64,000 bases of DNA from Planctomycetota bacterium (GTDB lineage Bacteria > Planctomycetota > UBA1135 > UBA2386): assembly GCA_965223545.1 (NCBI GenBank), contig OZ245006.1, positions 7,488,001 to 7,552,000 of the forward strand, in the 5' to 3' direction. The notes under the pieces are model-generated. The model saw nothing but the letters and a program-made list of their open reading frames with translations. It was not told where the DNA came from and made no database searches. Shown here piece after piece: positions 19,929 to 30,592 of this stretch; within the stretch, counting starts at the first letter, position 1; the number at the start of each line of letters is the position of its first letter. A program made the position numbers and the translations under genes.

Positions 19929-21845
19929 GTGACCAGCACCGATCAACCCAACCAGGTCGACGACCGCGCCCGACAGAATGGCGGCGGTGGCGAGCGCGAG
20001 CTCGTCGAGGTCGAACAAGTCGTGATCCGCTTCGCCGGCGATTCCGGCGACGGGATGCAGCTGACCGGCAGTCAGTTCACCCGAACGACGGCGATCATGG
20101 GCAACGACCTCGCGACGTTCCCGGACTTCCCCGCCGAGATCCGTGCTCCGGCCGGCACCCTGCCCGGGGTGTCCGCGTTCCAGCTGCGCTTCTCGAGCTT
20201 CGACATCCACACGCCCGGTGACGAGCCCGACGTACTGGTCGCGATGAACCCGGCGGCGCTCAAGGTGCACTTGGGCGACCTCAAAGCCGGCGGCATCCTC
20301 ATCGTCGACACCGGCAAGTTCCGGCCCAACGATCTGAAGAAGGCGCAGTGGGCCGACAACCCGCTGGAGAGCGGCGCTCTGGACGGCTACCGCGTCATCG
20401 AAGTCGACCTGCAGAAGCTCACGCGGGAGACCCTGGAGCAGTCGCCCCTGGATGTGCGCAGCAAGGACCGCTGCAAGAACATGTTCGCGCTGGGCGTGCT
20501 CTACTGGCTCTACAACCGCGACCCCGCGCCGAGCGTTTCGTTCCTCGAGGCCAAGTTCCAGAGCAAGCCGGACGTCTGCGAAGCCAACGTCAAGACCCTG
20601 CGCGCCGGCTACCACTACGCCGACATCGCCGGCATCTTCCAGACGTCGTACTCGGTGCCTCGCGCGCGCTTCATGGCGCCGGGCCGCTACCGCAACATCA
20701 TGGGCAACCAGGCGCTTTGTCTGGGGCTGGTGGCGGCGGCGGAGAAGGCGGGGCTGCAGCTCTTCCTCGGCTCGTATCCGATCACTCCCGCCAGCGACAT
20801 CCTGCACCAGCTGAGCACCTACAAGCACCGCGGCGTGGTGACGTTCCAGGCGGAGGACGAGATCGCCGCGGTCTGCGCCGCGATCGGCGCCTCGTACGCC
20901 GGCTCCCTGGGGGTGACCAGCACCAGTGGCCCCGGCATGGCGCTCAAGGCGGAGGCGATGGGCTTGGCGGTGATGGCGGAGCTGCCGCTCGTGGTCGTCA
21001 ACGTGCAGCGCGCCGGGCCGAGCACCGGCATGCCGACCAAGACCGAGCAGGCAGACCTGCTGCAGGCCATGTTCGGCCGCAACGGTGAGTGCCCCGTGGC
21101 GATCGTCGGCGCGACCACTCCGGCGGATGCCTTCGACGCGGCCTACGAGGCCGTCCGTCTGGCGACCAAGTACATGACGCCGGTGGTGTTGCTGTCGGAC
21201 GGCTACATCGCCAACGGCTCCGAGCCGTGGCGCATCCCCGATGCCGACAACCTGCCGGCGGTCGAAGTCGAGTTCGCGCCGCCGCGCGAGGGCGGCGACG
21301 GCGAACCGTACCGGCCGTACGAGCGCGACCCGAGCACGTTGGCCCGGCCGTGGGCAGTGCCGGGGACGGCCGGCTTGATGCACCGGATCGGCGGCATCGA
21401 GAAGCAGGACGGCACCGGCAACGTCAACTACGAGCCGGAGAACCACGCGCACATGGTGGCGACGCGCGCCGCGAAGATCGCCGGCATCGCGCGGGACATC
21501 CCCGATGCCGAGGTTCTCGGCGACAGCGAGGGCGACGTGCTGGTGCTGGGCTGGGGCTCGACGCGCGGCGCGATCACCGGTGCGGTGCAGCGCCACCAGG
21601 AGGCGGGGGCGCGCGTTTCGGCGTGCTTCCTGCGCCACCTCAACCCGTTGCCGCCCAACTTGGAGACGCTGCTGCGCGGCTTTCGCGCCGTGCTGATCCC
21701 CGAGCTCAATTGCGGTCAACTCGCCATGCTGGTGCGCTCGCGCTTCTTGGTCGATGCCGAGCCGGTGACCAAGGTGCAGGGCCGGCCGTTCACCAGCGCC
21801 GAGCTGACCGACAAGATCGAACAGACTCTGGAAGGGCTGTCATGA
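19929..21845 (+). CDS. korA: 2-oxoacid:ferredoxin oxidoreductase alpha subunit (gamma-alpha fusion)
   Basis: FAGDSGDGMQL, YPITPAS, QAEDEIAA, TSGPG, QRAGPSTG. Confidence 0.93.
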   Translation: MTSTDQPNQVDDRARQNGGGGERELVEVEQVVIRFAGDSGDGMQLTGSQFTRTTAIMGNDLATFPDFPAEIRAPAGTLPGVSAFQLRFSSFDIHTPGDEPDVLVAMNPAALKVHLGDLKAGGILIVDTGKFRPNDLKKAQWADNPLESGALDGYRVIEVDLQKLTRETLEQSPLDVRSKDRCKNMFALGVLYWLYNRDPAPSVSFLEAKFQSKPDVCEANVKTLRAGYHYADIAGIFQTSYSVPRARFMAPGRYRNIMGNQALCLGLVAAAEKAGLQLFLGSYPITPASDILHQLSTYKHRGVVTFQAEDEIAAVCAAIGASYAGSLGVTSTSGPGMALKAEAMGLAVMAELPLVVVNVQRAGPSTGMPTKTEQADLLQAMFGRNGECPVAIVGATTPADAFDAAYEAVRLATKYMTPVVLLSDGYIANGSEPWRIPDADNLPAVEVEFAPPREGGDGEPYRPYERDPSTLARPWAVPGTAGLMHRIGGIEKQDGTGNVNYEPENHAHMVATRAAKIAGIARDIPDAEVLGDSEGDVLVLGWGSTRGAITGAVQRHQEAGARVSACFLRHLNPLPPNLETLLRGFRAVLIPELNCGQLAMLVRSRFLVDAEPVTKVQGRPFTSAELTDKIEQTLEGLS

Positions 21846-22861
21846 CCACTGCCGCCAAGCTGACCAAGAAGGACTACAAGTCCGACCAGGATGTGCGCTG
21901 GTGCCCGGGCTGTGGCGATTACGGCATCCTCAACGCCGTGCAGTCGGCGTTCGCCACGCTCGGCAAGGACCCGAGCAACACCGTCATCGTCTCCGGCATC
22001 GGCTGCTCGAGTCGGTTTCCGTACTACATGGAGACCTACGGCTTCCACACCATCCACGGCCGCGCCCCGGCGTTGGCCACCGGCGTCAAGGTCGCCAACC
22101 CCGATCTGGACGTCTGGGTCGTCACCGGCGATGGCGATGCGCTGTCGATCGGCGGCAACCACTTCATCCACGCGCTGCGGCGGAACATCGACCTCAAGAT
22201 CCTCTTGTTCAACAACCGGATCTACGGCCTGACCAAGGGCCAGTACTCACCGACCTCGGAGGCCGGCAAGCGCACCAAGTCGACGCCGATGGGGTCGGTC
22301 GACAATCCGTTCCGGCCGATCTCGCTGGCGATCGGCGCGCGCGCGACCTACGTCGCACGCTCGGTCGACGTGTTCGGCCCGCACCTGGAGCAGACCGTCA
22401 TGCAGGCGGCGGCGCACCGGGGGACCGCGGTGGTCGAGATCTATCAGAACTGCAACATCTTCAACGATGGTGCGTTCAAGGGCTTCACCGACAAGGGCGC
22501 GCGCGACGAGCGGGTGCTCTACCTCGAGCACGGCAAGCCCCTGCTGTTCGGTTCCGAGCAGAAGCAGGGCATCCGCGTCGACGCCGATCTCAACCCGGAG
22601 ATCGTCACCGTCGGTGAGGACGGGGTCACCGCCGACGACGTGCTGGTCTGGGACGAGAAAAGCACCAACCTCGCGGTGCCGATGATGCTGGCCGAGATGT
22701 CCGAGGTCGACTTCCCGGTGCCGGTGGGCGTGTTCCACCGCCGCGAGCGGCCGACCTTCGAGACGGGGGTGCGCGCGCAGATCGATGCCGCCGCCGCCAA
22801 GAACGGCGGCGAGTCGCTGGCCGACTTGTTGTCGCGGGGCGAGACCTGGGTCGTCGAGTAG
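21842..22861 (+). CDS. korB: 2-oxoacid:ferredoxin oxidoreductase beta subunit
   Basis: WCPGCGD, SGIGCSSR, TPP motif GDGD...NN; ATGA overlap with korA. Confidence 0.93.
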   Translation: MTTAAKLTKKDYKSDQDVRWCPGCGDYGILNAVQSAFATLGKDPSNTVIVSGIGCSSRFPYYMETYGFHTIHGRAPALATGVKVANPDLDVWVVTGDGDALSIGGNHFIHALRRNIDLKILLFNNRIYGLTKGQYSPTSEAGKRTKSTPMGSVDNPFRPISLAIGARATYVARSVDVFGPHLEQTVMQAAAHRGTAVVEIYQNCNIFNDGAFKGFTDKGARDERVLYLEHGKPLLFGSEQKQGIRVDADLNPEIVTVGEDGVTADDVLVWDEKSTNLAVPMMLAEMSEVDFPVPVGVFHRRERPTFETGVRAQIDAAAAKNGGESLADLLSRGETWVVE

Positions 22862-22907
22862 CCGCCTCGTCGTTTCCTTCTTCAGCGCCTCACCATTATC
22901 AGCGGTC

Positions 22908-23663
22908 TCACTTCTTCAGGGCGTCGAGGTAGGCGCGGATGCGTGTCTGCGTGTCGGGCAACGCCCAGACCCGGTGGACTTCGGACTCGAACTCCTGAGA
23001 ACGCGCGATCGCGTCCAGCAGTGGTGCGCGCAGCTGGCGTTTGGTGACGGCGAAAGCCGGCGGCGACAGGGCCGCCAACGCGCCCGCGCGCCGCATCGCC
23101 TCGTCGAGGACCGCGTCGCCGGCGGTGACTGCGTCGACGAGGCCGCAGTCCGCGGCGGCGTCGCCGCGCATCGTGCGGCCGGTGAGGACGAGATCGGAGG
23201 CGGTGTGCGGCGGCAGCAGCCCGCGGATGACCTCCAGCGCCACCGCCGGAAACGGCACGCCCACCGGCAGCTCGGTGACGCCGATGCGGCCGTGCTCGCG
23301 GTTCATCACCCGGGCGTCGCACGAGGCGGCCAGCACACAGCCGCCGGCGATGGCGTGGCCGTTGATGGCGGCGACGATGGGGCGGTCACACTCCAGCAGC
23401 TGTCGGACGGCGGCGTCGAGGCACAGCAGCAGCTCGCGGGCGTAGGCTTCGCCGCCCTGCAACAGGGCCGGCAGGTCGACGCCCGCGCTGAAGATGCCGC
23501 CGGTGCCGGTCAGCACGATGGCGCCGGCGCCGTCTCGGTGCGCGCCGTCGACGGCGTCGTGCAGAGCGCGCAGAAGATCGGGGTCGAGCGCGTTCGCCTT
23601 GGGCTTGTCGATGCGCAGGACGGCGATCGCGTCATGGTCTTGGCGGTGGATCACATCCGCCAC
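22908..23663 (-). CDS. Enoyl-CoA hydratase/isomerase family protein
   Basis: KANAL, FSAGVDL, PIVAAINGHAIAGG. Confidence 0.9.
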   Translation of the reverse strand: MADVIHRQDHDAIAVLRIDKPKANALDPDLLRALHDAVDGAHRDGAGAIVLTGTGGIFSAGVDLPALLQGGEAYARELLLCLDAAVRQLLECDRPIVAAINGHAIAGGCVLAASCDARVMNREHGRIGVTELPVGVPFPAVALEVIRGLLPPHTASDLVLTGRTMRGDAAADCGLVDAVTAGDAVLDEAMRRAGALAALSPPAFAVTKRQLRAPLLDAIARSQEFESEVHRVWALPDTQTRIRAYLDALKK

Positions 23664-23703
23664 TGTGCCCCGCGCGCCGGCCGCTGCAAGTCCCGCACGG
23701 CCG

Positions 23704-25266
23704 CTACTGCACGAGATGGGGATACGTCGTGTCCAGCTCTGCGCGCAGCGCGGTGTAGCGGCCGTTGTAGGCCGGGGTCCCCTTCTGCGCGATGATGTTG
23801 TTCGACTCGAACGGGTCGAGTGCCAGGTCGTAGAGTTCTTCGACCGCGGTGATCAGGGCGCCGCTCTTCTTGACCTTCTCGACCAGCTTGAGGCCGCCGT
23901 TGTCGCGGATCGCGCGATTGTGCTTGTCGAGCGTGTAACCCGGCGGTGGCGTGCCGAATGCCGTCGGTGCGAAGTTGTTCTTGAAGTTCTCGGCGTAGAC
24001 GAACTGTCGCATTGGCACGGTGCAACCGAGCAGGTACGGGGCCAACGAGACCGATTCGCGCAAGCCGGCCGGATCGGGCGGCTGCGGGGCACCGGTCAGA
24101 TCGGCGACCGTGGCGAACAGGTCGGTGGAGCAGACGATCGGCAGGGCGACCGTGCCGGTCTGCGCCGGCGCGATCACCGGCGACTTGACGATGAGCGGTA
24201 CGTGCACGCCGCCCTGGTAGACCGTGCCCTTGTTCTTCCCCGGCGACGGAAACGGCGGCAGGCTCGCGTGCTTGGTCGTGCCGTTGTCGCCGATGAAGAT
24301 GATCGTCGTGGGACTGGCTGGCGCATCGCTGCCGTTCTCGATGGCGCAGACCAGGCGGCCGATCTCGTTGTCCATCCACTGCACCATGCAGCGGACGAAG
24401 CGCGGGGTGTCGTTCGGGGTGAGGCCGCAGTCGGGGTTGCCGTTGATGCCGGCACAGGAGGCGGCCTGCAGCGGCGCGCCCGGGGCGTCGAGCGGGGTGT
24501 GCGCCGCGTTGAAGGCGACGTAGAGAAAGAACGGCTCGGGCATGGTGCGCACCAGGTGGATGGCGTCGTCGGCCGTGTCTTCGGTGGCGTAGGTCAGCAC
24601 CTGTTGTTCGCAGTAGGAAGCGCCCATGCCGGGCACGCATTCGTCCGCGGGTGGGCCCTGGATCTGGGTCGCGAACGTCTTGGTCCAGTTGTTGTACGTC
24701 TGCGTGCCGCCGAGGTTGCCGATCGAGCCAGCGTACTGGTGGAACCACTGCGTCATCCCGCCGCCGAGGGGGTGGATCGGATCCAGAGGATTCGGCGGAG
24801 GGTGCTGGCAGCCGTCGGCGAGGTGCCACTTGCCGACGGCTGCGGTGTGGGTGGCAAAGGGCGCGGCCGGATCGCGCAGCATCGAGGGGATCGTGTCGAT
24901 GCCGTACTGGAGGCCGGTGCCGTTGCCGGGTGGGCAGGACCGAGTGGCGATCTTGCCCACTCCGGTGTGCAGGCCGTGGCGGCCGGTCATGATCTGCGCC
25001 CGCGTCGGTGAGCAGACGGGGTTGGTCCAGGCGTGGCGGAACAGCATTCCGGTCTGGGCCAGGTAGTCGAGGGTGGGCGTGGTGTTCGGGTAGCCGGCCG
25101 GCGGGTGGCCGTGGGCGGCGTAGAACTGGTCGTAGGCGCCGACCATGTCGACGCCGACGTCGTCGGCGACGATGACGACCACGTTGTGCGGTCCGACGAC
25201 CGGCAGGGAGGGACAGGGTTGGAGGGCCATCGCCCAGAGAAGCGCCGCGGGGAGGTGTAGAGCCAC
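23704..25266 (-). CDS. Secreted formylglycine-type sulfatase
   Basis: NVVVIVADD, CSPTR (CxPxR), GKWHL, AAHTP, GDNG, KGTVYQGGVHVP. Confidence 0.92.
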   Translation of the reverse strand: MALHLPAALLWAMALQPCPSLPVVGPHNVVVIVADDVGVDMVGAYDQFYAAHGHPPAGYPNTTPTLDYLAQTGMLFRHAWTNPVCSPTRAQIMTGRHGLHTGVGKIATRSCPPGNGTGLQYGIDTIPSMLRDPAAPFATHTAAVGKWHLADGCQHPPPNPLDPIHPLGGGMTQWFHQYAGSIGNLGGTQTYNNWTKTFATQIQGPPADECVPGMGASYCEQQVLTYATEDTADDAIHLVRTMPEPFFLYVAFNAAHTPLDAPGAPLQAASCAGINGNPDCGLTPNDTPRFVRCMVQWMDNEIGRLVCAIENGSDAPASPTTIIFIGDNGTTKHASLPPFPSPGKNKGTVYQGGVHVPLIVKSPVIAPAQTGTVALPIVCSTDLFATVADLTGAPQPPDPAGLRESVSLAPYLLGCTVPMRQFVYAENFKNNFAPTAFGTPPPGYTLDKHNRAIRDNGGLKLVEKVKKSGALITAVEELYDLALDPFESNNIIAQKGTPAYNGRYTALRAELDTTYPHLVQ

Positions 25267-25354
25267 GCCAACGGGGGAACGTCTGGGGCGATGGCGTTAC
25301 GGCGCTTTCGCGGGAGGTCTTGTGAAGCCGTTGCGGTTCTCCTGAAATCCCGGC

Positions 25355-26800
25355 ATGACCGTTGTCTCGCGACTCGTGATTCCGGCCACTCTGGTGGCTG
25401 CCGGTGCCGCGCTGGGGGTTTGGCTGCAGCGCTCGGGGTGGCTCGACTCGGCCGGTGGCGCGACGGAGGCGAGCGCCGATCCCGCGCAGCCGTCGGCGGC
25501 CACGCCGGCCACCGGCATGTGGCACAGCGCGCCCGACGATGTGGGCGCACCGGTCACCGGCGGCAGTGCGATGGACGCCAACGAGCTCGCCAATCTGCCC
25601 TACTTGCGCGGCTCGCAGGCGGCGCCCGAGGTCGAGTGCGTCACCCTGTTCGAGGTGGAGGCCACCCATCCGGGTCTCAACCTCGTGGTCTCCGGCCACG
25701 AGCCCCGTGCCGAGCTGCAGGACCTCAAGGGCAACGTGCTCCATGAGTGGCATTGCGCGTTCGACACCGTTTGGCCCGGCGGACTGGACTACGCGGAGGC
25801 GCCCGTGCACCGCACCTTCTGGCGGCGCGCCCACCTGCTGCCCAACGGCGAGCTGCTGGCGATCTTCGAGGGCTACGGCATGGTCAAGCTCGACCGCGAG
25901 TCCAACGTGGTCTGGGCCTACGACGGCCGCGCTCACCACGACCTGGACGTCCGGCCGGACGGCAGGATCTACACGCTGACGCGCGTGCGTCGCGAGGACG
26001 CGGCCGCCGACGGGCGCGCCGGTCCGCCGACCTACCTGGAGGGCTGGTACCTCGACGATCGCATCACCGTGCTGGCGGCGAACGGCGCCGAAGAGAGTTC
26101 GCTGTCGCTGCTGGAGTGTCTGGAGAACTCCGAGTTCCGCCACCTGCTGTCGTTCGCCGTGCGCAGCGGTGACGTGCTGCACGCGAACACGATCGAGGTG
26201 ATGGACGGCAGCCTCGCGGACCTCCATCCGATGTACGCGGCGGGCAATGTCCTGGTGTCCTTGCTGACCCTGCACACCGTGGCGATGATCGACCCCCGCG
26301 CCAAGACCGTGGTCTGGGCCGCACCCGGTGTGACGCGGTTCCAGCACCAGCCGACGGTGCTGGCCGACGGGCGCATCCTGGTGTTCGACAACCTCGGCGA
26401 CCCCGATCCGTCGGGCCCGCGGTCGCGGGTGATCGAGCTGGACCCGCGCACGCTGGCGGTGGAATGGAGCTTCGCCAGCACCGCCGAGCGCGTGTTCTCG
26501 TCGTACCGGTTGGGGTCGTGCCAGCGCTTGGCCAACGGCAACACCCTGATCACCGAGTCGACCGCGGGCCGCGCCCTCGAGGTGCGGCGCGACGGCGAGG
26601 TCGTCTGGGAGTGGGTCAATCCGCACCGCGCCGGCGAGGACGACGCGCTGATCGCCACCCTGTTCGAGGTCGTGCGCCTCGATCTGGATTACTTCGCCGG
26701 ACGGTGGCCAGAGCTCGAAGCACGCTTTGTCGATCCGGGCGATGCCGGGGCGCTCGATGGGCTGGACGAGGCGCTCAAGGGCCTCGGCGGCTCGCGCTGA
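25355..26800 (+). CDS. Arylsulfotransferase (ASST)-like beta-propeller protein
   Basis: N-terminal anchor; AHHD, DVLHANT, QHQP, VFDN, SRVIELD, QRLANGNTLITE. Confidence 0.8.
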   Translation: MTVVSRLVIPATLVAAGAALGVWLQRSGWLDSAGGATEASADPAQPSAATPATGMWHSAPDDVGAPVTGGSAMDANELANLPYLRGSQAAPEVECVTLFEVEATHPGLNLVVSGHEPRAELQDLKGNVLHEWHCAFDTVWPGGLDYAEAPVHRTFWRRAHLLPNGELLAIFEGYGMVKLDRESNVVWAYDGRAHHDLDVRPDGRIYTLTRVRREDAAADGRAGPPTYLEGWYLDDRITVLAANGAEESSLSLLECLENSEFRHLLSFAVRSGDVLHANTIEVMDGSLADLHPMYAAGNVLVSLLTLHTVAMIDPRAKTVVWAAPGVTRFQHQPTVLADGRILVFDNLGDPDPSGPRSRVIELDPRTLAVEWSFASTAERVFSSYRLGSCQRLANGNTLITESTAGRALEVRRDGEVVWEWVNPHRAGEDDALIATLFEVVRLDLDYFAGRWPELEARFVDPGDAGALDGLDEALKGLGGSR

Positions 26801-26807
26801 CTCCACC

Positions 26808-26855
26808 CCGATCCACCGTGGGGCCGACCCACAGTGGGGCCGATCCTCAGCGGGG
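26808..26855. repeat. Three imperfect 16-bp tandem repeats between convergent genes
   Basis: ccgatccaccgtgggg / ccgacccacagtgggg / ccgatcctcagcgggg. Confidence 0.6.
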
Positions 26856-28292
26856 CTCGACCCGAACCAGGTGGACGCCGCCCCGAGACCAGCCGCGCAG
26901 CGCGTAGCGGTTGGGCAGGTGTTGACGGGCCAGCTGTCCGACCGGGCCGTGGTCGACGCGTCGCAGGCGGTCCAGGGCGCCCCGGCTGAAGCACAGAGTC
27001 CGGCCGCTCGCGGCGAGACCGGTGACGAGTGCGTCGAACTGGGTTGCCGCCGCATCGGCCTCGAGCGGCGCCAAGCTGGCGGCGAGGTCGTGCACGCTCG
27101 TGCCGGGGATCTGCACGCGGTAGCGCACGATGGTGTCGACTTCGCGCCGGCCGTCGAAGATGAAGAACATGGGGCGTTCTGCGGCCATTTCGCTGAGGGT
27201 CTGCGCCCGCGCCGGATCGTGATGGGGGCGGTCTTGGGCGTGCAGCCAGACCGCGCTGGCCAGAGCGGTCAGCACCGCGCCGGCCATCGCCAAGTCGCCG
27301 GGCAGGACGCGGGCTGCCAGCAGCGCCGCCAGCGCGGCCAGGGGCAGCTGGTAGGCACCGTGCTCGTCAGCGCCGAGCAGCAGGATCGCGCTCAGCAGGA
27401 CGTAGCCCGCCGCCCCGGCGCAGACGACCGCAGCGGGGCGGGCGGTGTCTCGTCGCGCCAGCGCCGCCAAGGCCAGCAGCGAGACCGGGGCGAACGGAAG
27501 CAGCCACTCCCGAACCGCGGCGTCGAGGAACGCCAGCGGCGATTGGCTGGCGGAGAAGTGGCGCGCGAACTCGAGCACGAAGCCAGCTTGGTTGGCGGCG
27601 GCCGCCTCGCCGCCGGCGGTGGCGGCGCCGACCGCCAGCGCCGCCGCGACGTGGCCGGCGATCATGCTGCCGGCGAGCCGGGCGCGGACGGCGCGACGGT
27701 CGGCTTCGGTGGCGAGGTACCAGACCAGCCACAGCGGCGTCAACAGGTGCCCCGTCGCGTGGACCGATGCGGCGATGCCGACCGACAGACCGGTGACCAG
27801 GCCGCGCAGCGCGCGACCGCGGCGAGCGACGAACAACCAGAGCGACAGCATGGCGAAGGGCAAGAACGCGGCGTGCACTTCGGCGACGGTGGCGAAGAAC
27901 ATCAGCCCCGGCGTCGCGGCCAGCCAAGCGGCGGCGGCGGCAGCGCGCAGGCGCGCCGCAACGCGGCCGAAGACGCGGTGGGCGATCGCGACCGCAGTGG
28001 CCGCGCCGCACGCCGACAGCACGCACAGGGCGTCGAGCGGCTCCAGCCCCAGCGGAGCCAGCGCCGTCGCGGCGGCGATCGCCAGGCGCAAGTACAGCGT
28101 GTGGTGGTGGTGGTAGGGCTCGCCGGCGTACACGCTGTCGAGAAAGCCGTGCACGTCGACGCCGTGGAGAGCCTCCTGCCGCAGCGCGACGTACACCGCG
28201 CAGGCCACCGCGAACAGGAGCGCGGTGTCGCGCCATGGCGGGCGCCGCGGGGCGGCGATGGCGGAGGGCGGCGATGGCGATGAGCTGGTCAC
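26847..28292 (-). CDS. Polytopic membrane protein, GT-C glycosyltransferase-like
   Basis: Many TM segments; D followed by HHHTLY and FATVAEVH, reminiscent of DUF2723/PMT-like proteins; start estimated at GTG 28292. Confidence 0.55.
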   Translation of the reverse strand: MTSSSPSPPSAIAAPRRPPWRDTALLFAVACAVYVALRQEALHGVDVHGFLDSVYAGEPYHHHHTLYLRLAIAAATALAPLGLEPLDALCVLSACGAATAVAIAHRVFGRVAARLRAAAAAAWLAATPGLMFFATVAEVHAAFLPFAMLSLWLFVARRGRALRGLVTGLSVGIAASVHATGHLLTPLWLVWYLATEADRRAVRARLAGSMIAGHVAAALAVGAATAGGEAAAANQAGFVLEFARHFSASQSPLAFLDAAVREWLLPFAPVSLLALAALARRDTARPAAVVCAGAAGYVLLSAILLLGADEHGAYQLPLAALAALLAARVLPGDLAMAGAVLTALASAVWLHAQDRPHHDPARAQTLSEMAAERPMFFIFDGRREVDTIVRYRVQIPGTSVHDLAASLAPLEADAAATQFDALVTGLAASGRTLCFSRGALDRLRRVDHGPVGQLARQHLPNRYALRGWSRGGVHLVRVEPR

Positions 28293-28509
28293 GGGCGTCT
28301 GCGGCTTCAGGATCTTCGAGCGGCGATGACATTTTCGCAGCCCCGTTGCCCCGAGAACTTCGGTTGCGGCCCCGCGTCTTTCTGCGCCGACCACGCATGT
28401 GTTGACCGAGCCGTCCCGCAGGCGGTAAACCCGTGGGCGCTTTGCTTGGAGCGCGCGTGGTTGCAGCCCATCTCGAACCCGCCGCGGTGGCGCGGAGGGG
28501 CGTGTACCG

Positions 28510-30234
28510 ATGACCGAGGCTCCTCGCCGGCGCAGCGGTGCGCGCTCCTTCGGGCTGGCGGTCGTGCTGCTCGTGGTCGCGCTCGCCGCCGGCGCGGCCG
28601 CGGGCATCGCGATCCATGCCAGTGCGCACGCTGCCATGCGCGAGGCCGCGGTCGAGGTGCGCCGCGCCCTGTGGCGACCGCTGGCCGAGACCGCCGCTGC
28701 GGCCGGCGGCGGCGCGCGTCGCGCCGGTCAGCTCGAGCGGGTGCTGGAGGCCTACGACCGTTTGGCGGTGGAGGCCGCCGAGGACACTCTGGTCTACGAG
28801 CGCGCGCTGCTCGGCAGCGCGCTGGCCGAGGTGCTCGAGGCCGGCGAGCGGCTCGAAGCCGCGCAAGTGCGTCGCCGCGCGGCGATGGCGGATCTGCTCG
28901 GCGTGGTCCGCGCGCGCCCGCGGCACGGCGAGGCGAGGCTCGCGTTGGCACAGAACCGGGCGCGGCACGCCGAGTTGGCCGCGCTGGTCGGCAATCGGGG
29001 GCGCGCCGAGCGGGCTGCGCGCAGCGCCGCCGAGGCGCTCCGCGCGCTGCTGGATCTGCCCGACGAGCGCCGGCGCGGGCAAGCGGCGGCAGCGTTGGCG
29101 CGCTTGCACGCCGCCGCCGCCGAGCGCGCTCTCCTGGACGGGGACGTGGAGCGTGCGTCGGCCCGGGTGGAGGAAGGGCGCGCCTTGCTCGCCGGCACCG
29201 GCGCGCCGACTCCCGGCGCCCCGACTCCTGGCGCCCCGACACCGGGCGCCCCGACACCGGGCGCATCGGCGGTGCGCCTGGCGGCGCTGGCCGCGGGCTG
29301 TGGCCTACCGCCTTCTCCCGGCTTGCCCGCGGACTTTGCCGGGCAGCGGCTGCTGATGCGCGATTGGTCGAGCCGGCGAACCCTCGCCGTGGCCACCCTC
29401 GCCAGGGGGCCCGCGGCGTCGGACCCTGCCGCGCTGCGCCAGGCGTTGGAGCTCGAGGCCGACCTGCCAGAGGCGGTCCGCCTGGGCGCGGAGTGGCGAG
29501 CCCGCGGCTGGTTGCAGCTCGGGCTACAAGAGCGCGCCGCCGGCGCCGACCCGGCGCCGGCGTTCGCCCGCGCGCTGGCCGAGGCGCCGGCGACGGCGCA
29601 CGCGTTGCGGGGCGACATCGCCTCGGCGCGGGCCCGGCATGCCGCCGCCGGCGGTGAGGCCGAGCCGCGGGCCGTCGCGGCGGCGTTCTCGCGGGCCGCC
29701 GGCGAGTATCGCACGGCCGCCCGTGTCGCCCCTGCGACGCCGGCGCGGGACGCGCTGTTCGCCCTGCTGTTGGACTTGGCCGCGTGGCGCGTCGGGCGCG
29801 GAGACGAGTCGGCGGCGGCGCGGGCGATCGACGAGGCGGAGACCCTGCTGGCGGCGGCCGAGATCGGCGGTACCGAGCGCGACGCGCGCGACCGGCGCCT
29901 GCTCGAGGCCCTCGAAGAGCTGGGCGACGGCCCGCGGCTGGCGGTGGCGGCGGCGGCGTATGCGGGGCGGCGTCCGACCGAGCCCGCGGTGGTCCGCCGC
30001 GCGGCGGCCGCGATCGCCGCCGCTCTCCGCCACGGCGGGCCGGCGATCGGCGACGGGGGGCGCCAGCCGCCGGACGAGGCCGTGCGGGCAGCGGCGGTGG
30101 CCGTCGGCCGGTTGATCCTTGCGCTCCCGGTCGAGGTCCGCCAGTCGCTGCTCGACGATCCGGCGTTGGCGCCGCTGTGGGAGCATCCCGAGTCGAGGCC
30201 GTGGTCGGCGGCGACCGGCGCTGACCGGCGCTGA
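28510..30234 (+). CDS. Ala/Arg-rich helical (TPR-like) membrane-anchored hypothetical protein
   Basis: N-terminal TM; helical repeats; internal (GAPTP)4. Confidence 0.55.
   Translation: MTEAPRRRSGARSFGLAVVLLVVALAAGAAAGIAIHASAHAAMREAAVEVRRALWRPLAETAAAAGGGARRAGQLERVLEAYDRLAVEAAEDTLVYERALLGSALAEVLEAGERLEAAQVRRRAAMADLLGVVRARPRHGEARLALAQNRARHAELAALVGNRGRAERAARSAAEALRALLDLPDERRRGQAAAALARLHAAAAERALLDGDVERASARVEEGRALLAGTGAPTPGAPTPGAPTPGAPTPGASAVRLAALAAGCGLPPSPGLPADFAGQRLLMRDWSSRRTLAVATLARGPAASDPAALRQALELEADLPEAVRLGAEWRARGWLQLGLQERAAGADPAPAFARALAEAPATAHALRGDIASARARHAAAGGEAEPRAVAAAFSRAAGEYRTAARVAPATPARDALFALLLDLAAWRVGRGDESAAARAIDEAETLLAAAEIGGTERDARDRRLLEALEELGDGPRLAVAAAAYAGRRPTEPAVVRRAAAAIAAALRHGGPAIGDGGRQPPDEAVRAAAVAVGRLILALPVEVRQSLLDDPALAPLWEHPESRPWSAATGADRR
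29200..29265 (+). repeat. In-frame 15-bp tandem repeat (x4.4) encoding GAPTP
   Basis: ggcgcgccgactccc ggcgccccgactcct ggcgccccgacaccg ggcgccccgacaccg ggcgca. Confidence 0.85.
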
Positions 30235-30592
30235 CCGGCGGCCCGATCGGGTGACGACCGCGTGCGCCCCAGCAGAATAGAAAAACCGGTCCGACAAAAA
30301 TCCGGCGGCCGGCCCTGGACGAGATTGTGGCAGTTTGCTTCACTTCCGCCGCTGGCATAGTCGAGCAATATCGCCAGCGGAGGGGGCGGTGCGCAGGCCG
30401 GCGGCAGCCGATCCGCCGGCGTTCCGCCCGGCCCTCGGAATCCGGACGCGAGAGCCTCGGGATCCACAGGCACCCGGAGACTCCGGGCTCCACCCATTGC
30501 CATGACTGTGACGGCCGACCGTGGCCACCGGCGGGGCGTGCCGCTCGCGCGCGACCAGCCCTGACTGAATGAACCCCTTTCGTCCCCCGACC

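Noticed and set aside
28293..28509. tRNA or riboswitch in intergenic regions (also 40804-41145)
   Set aside because: No cloverleaf, T-loop or recognisable aptamer consensus seen by eye; an Rfam scan would be needed
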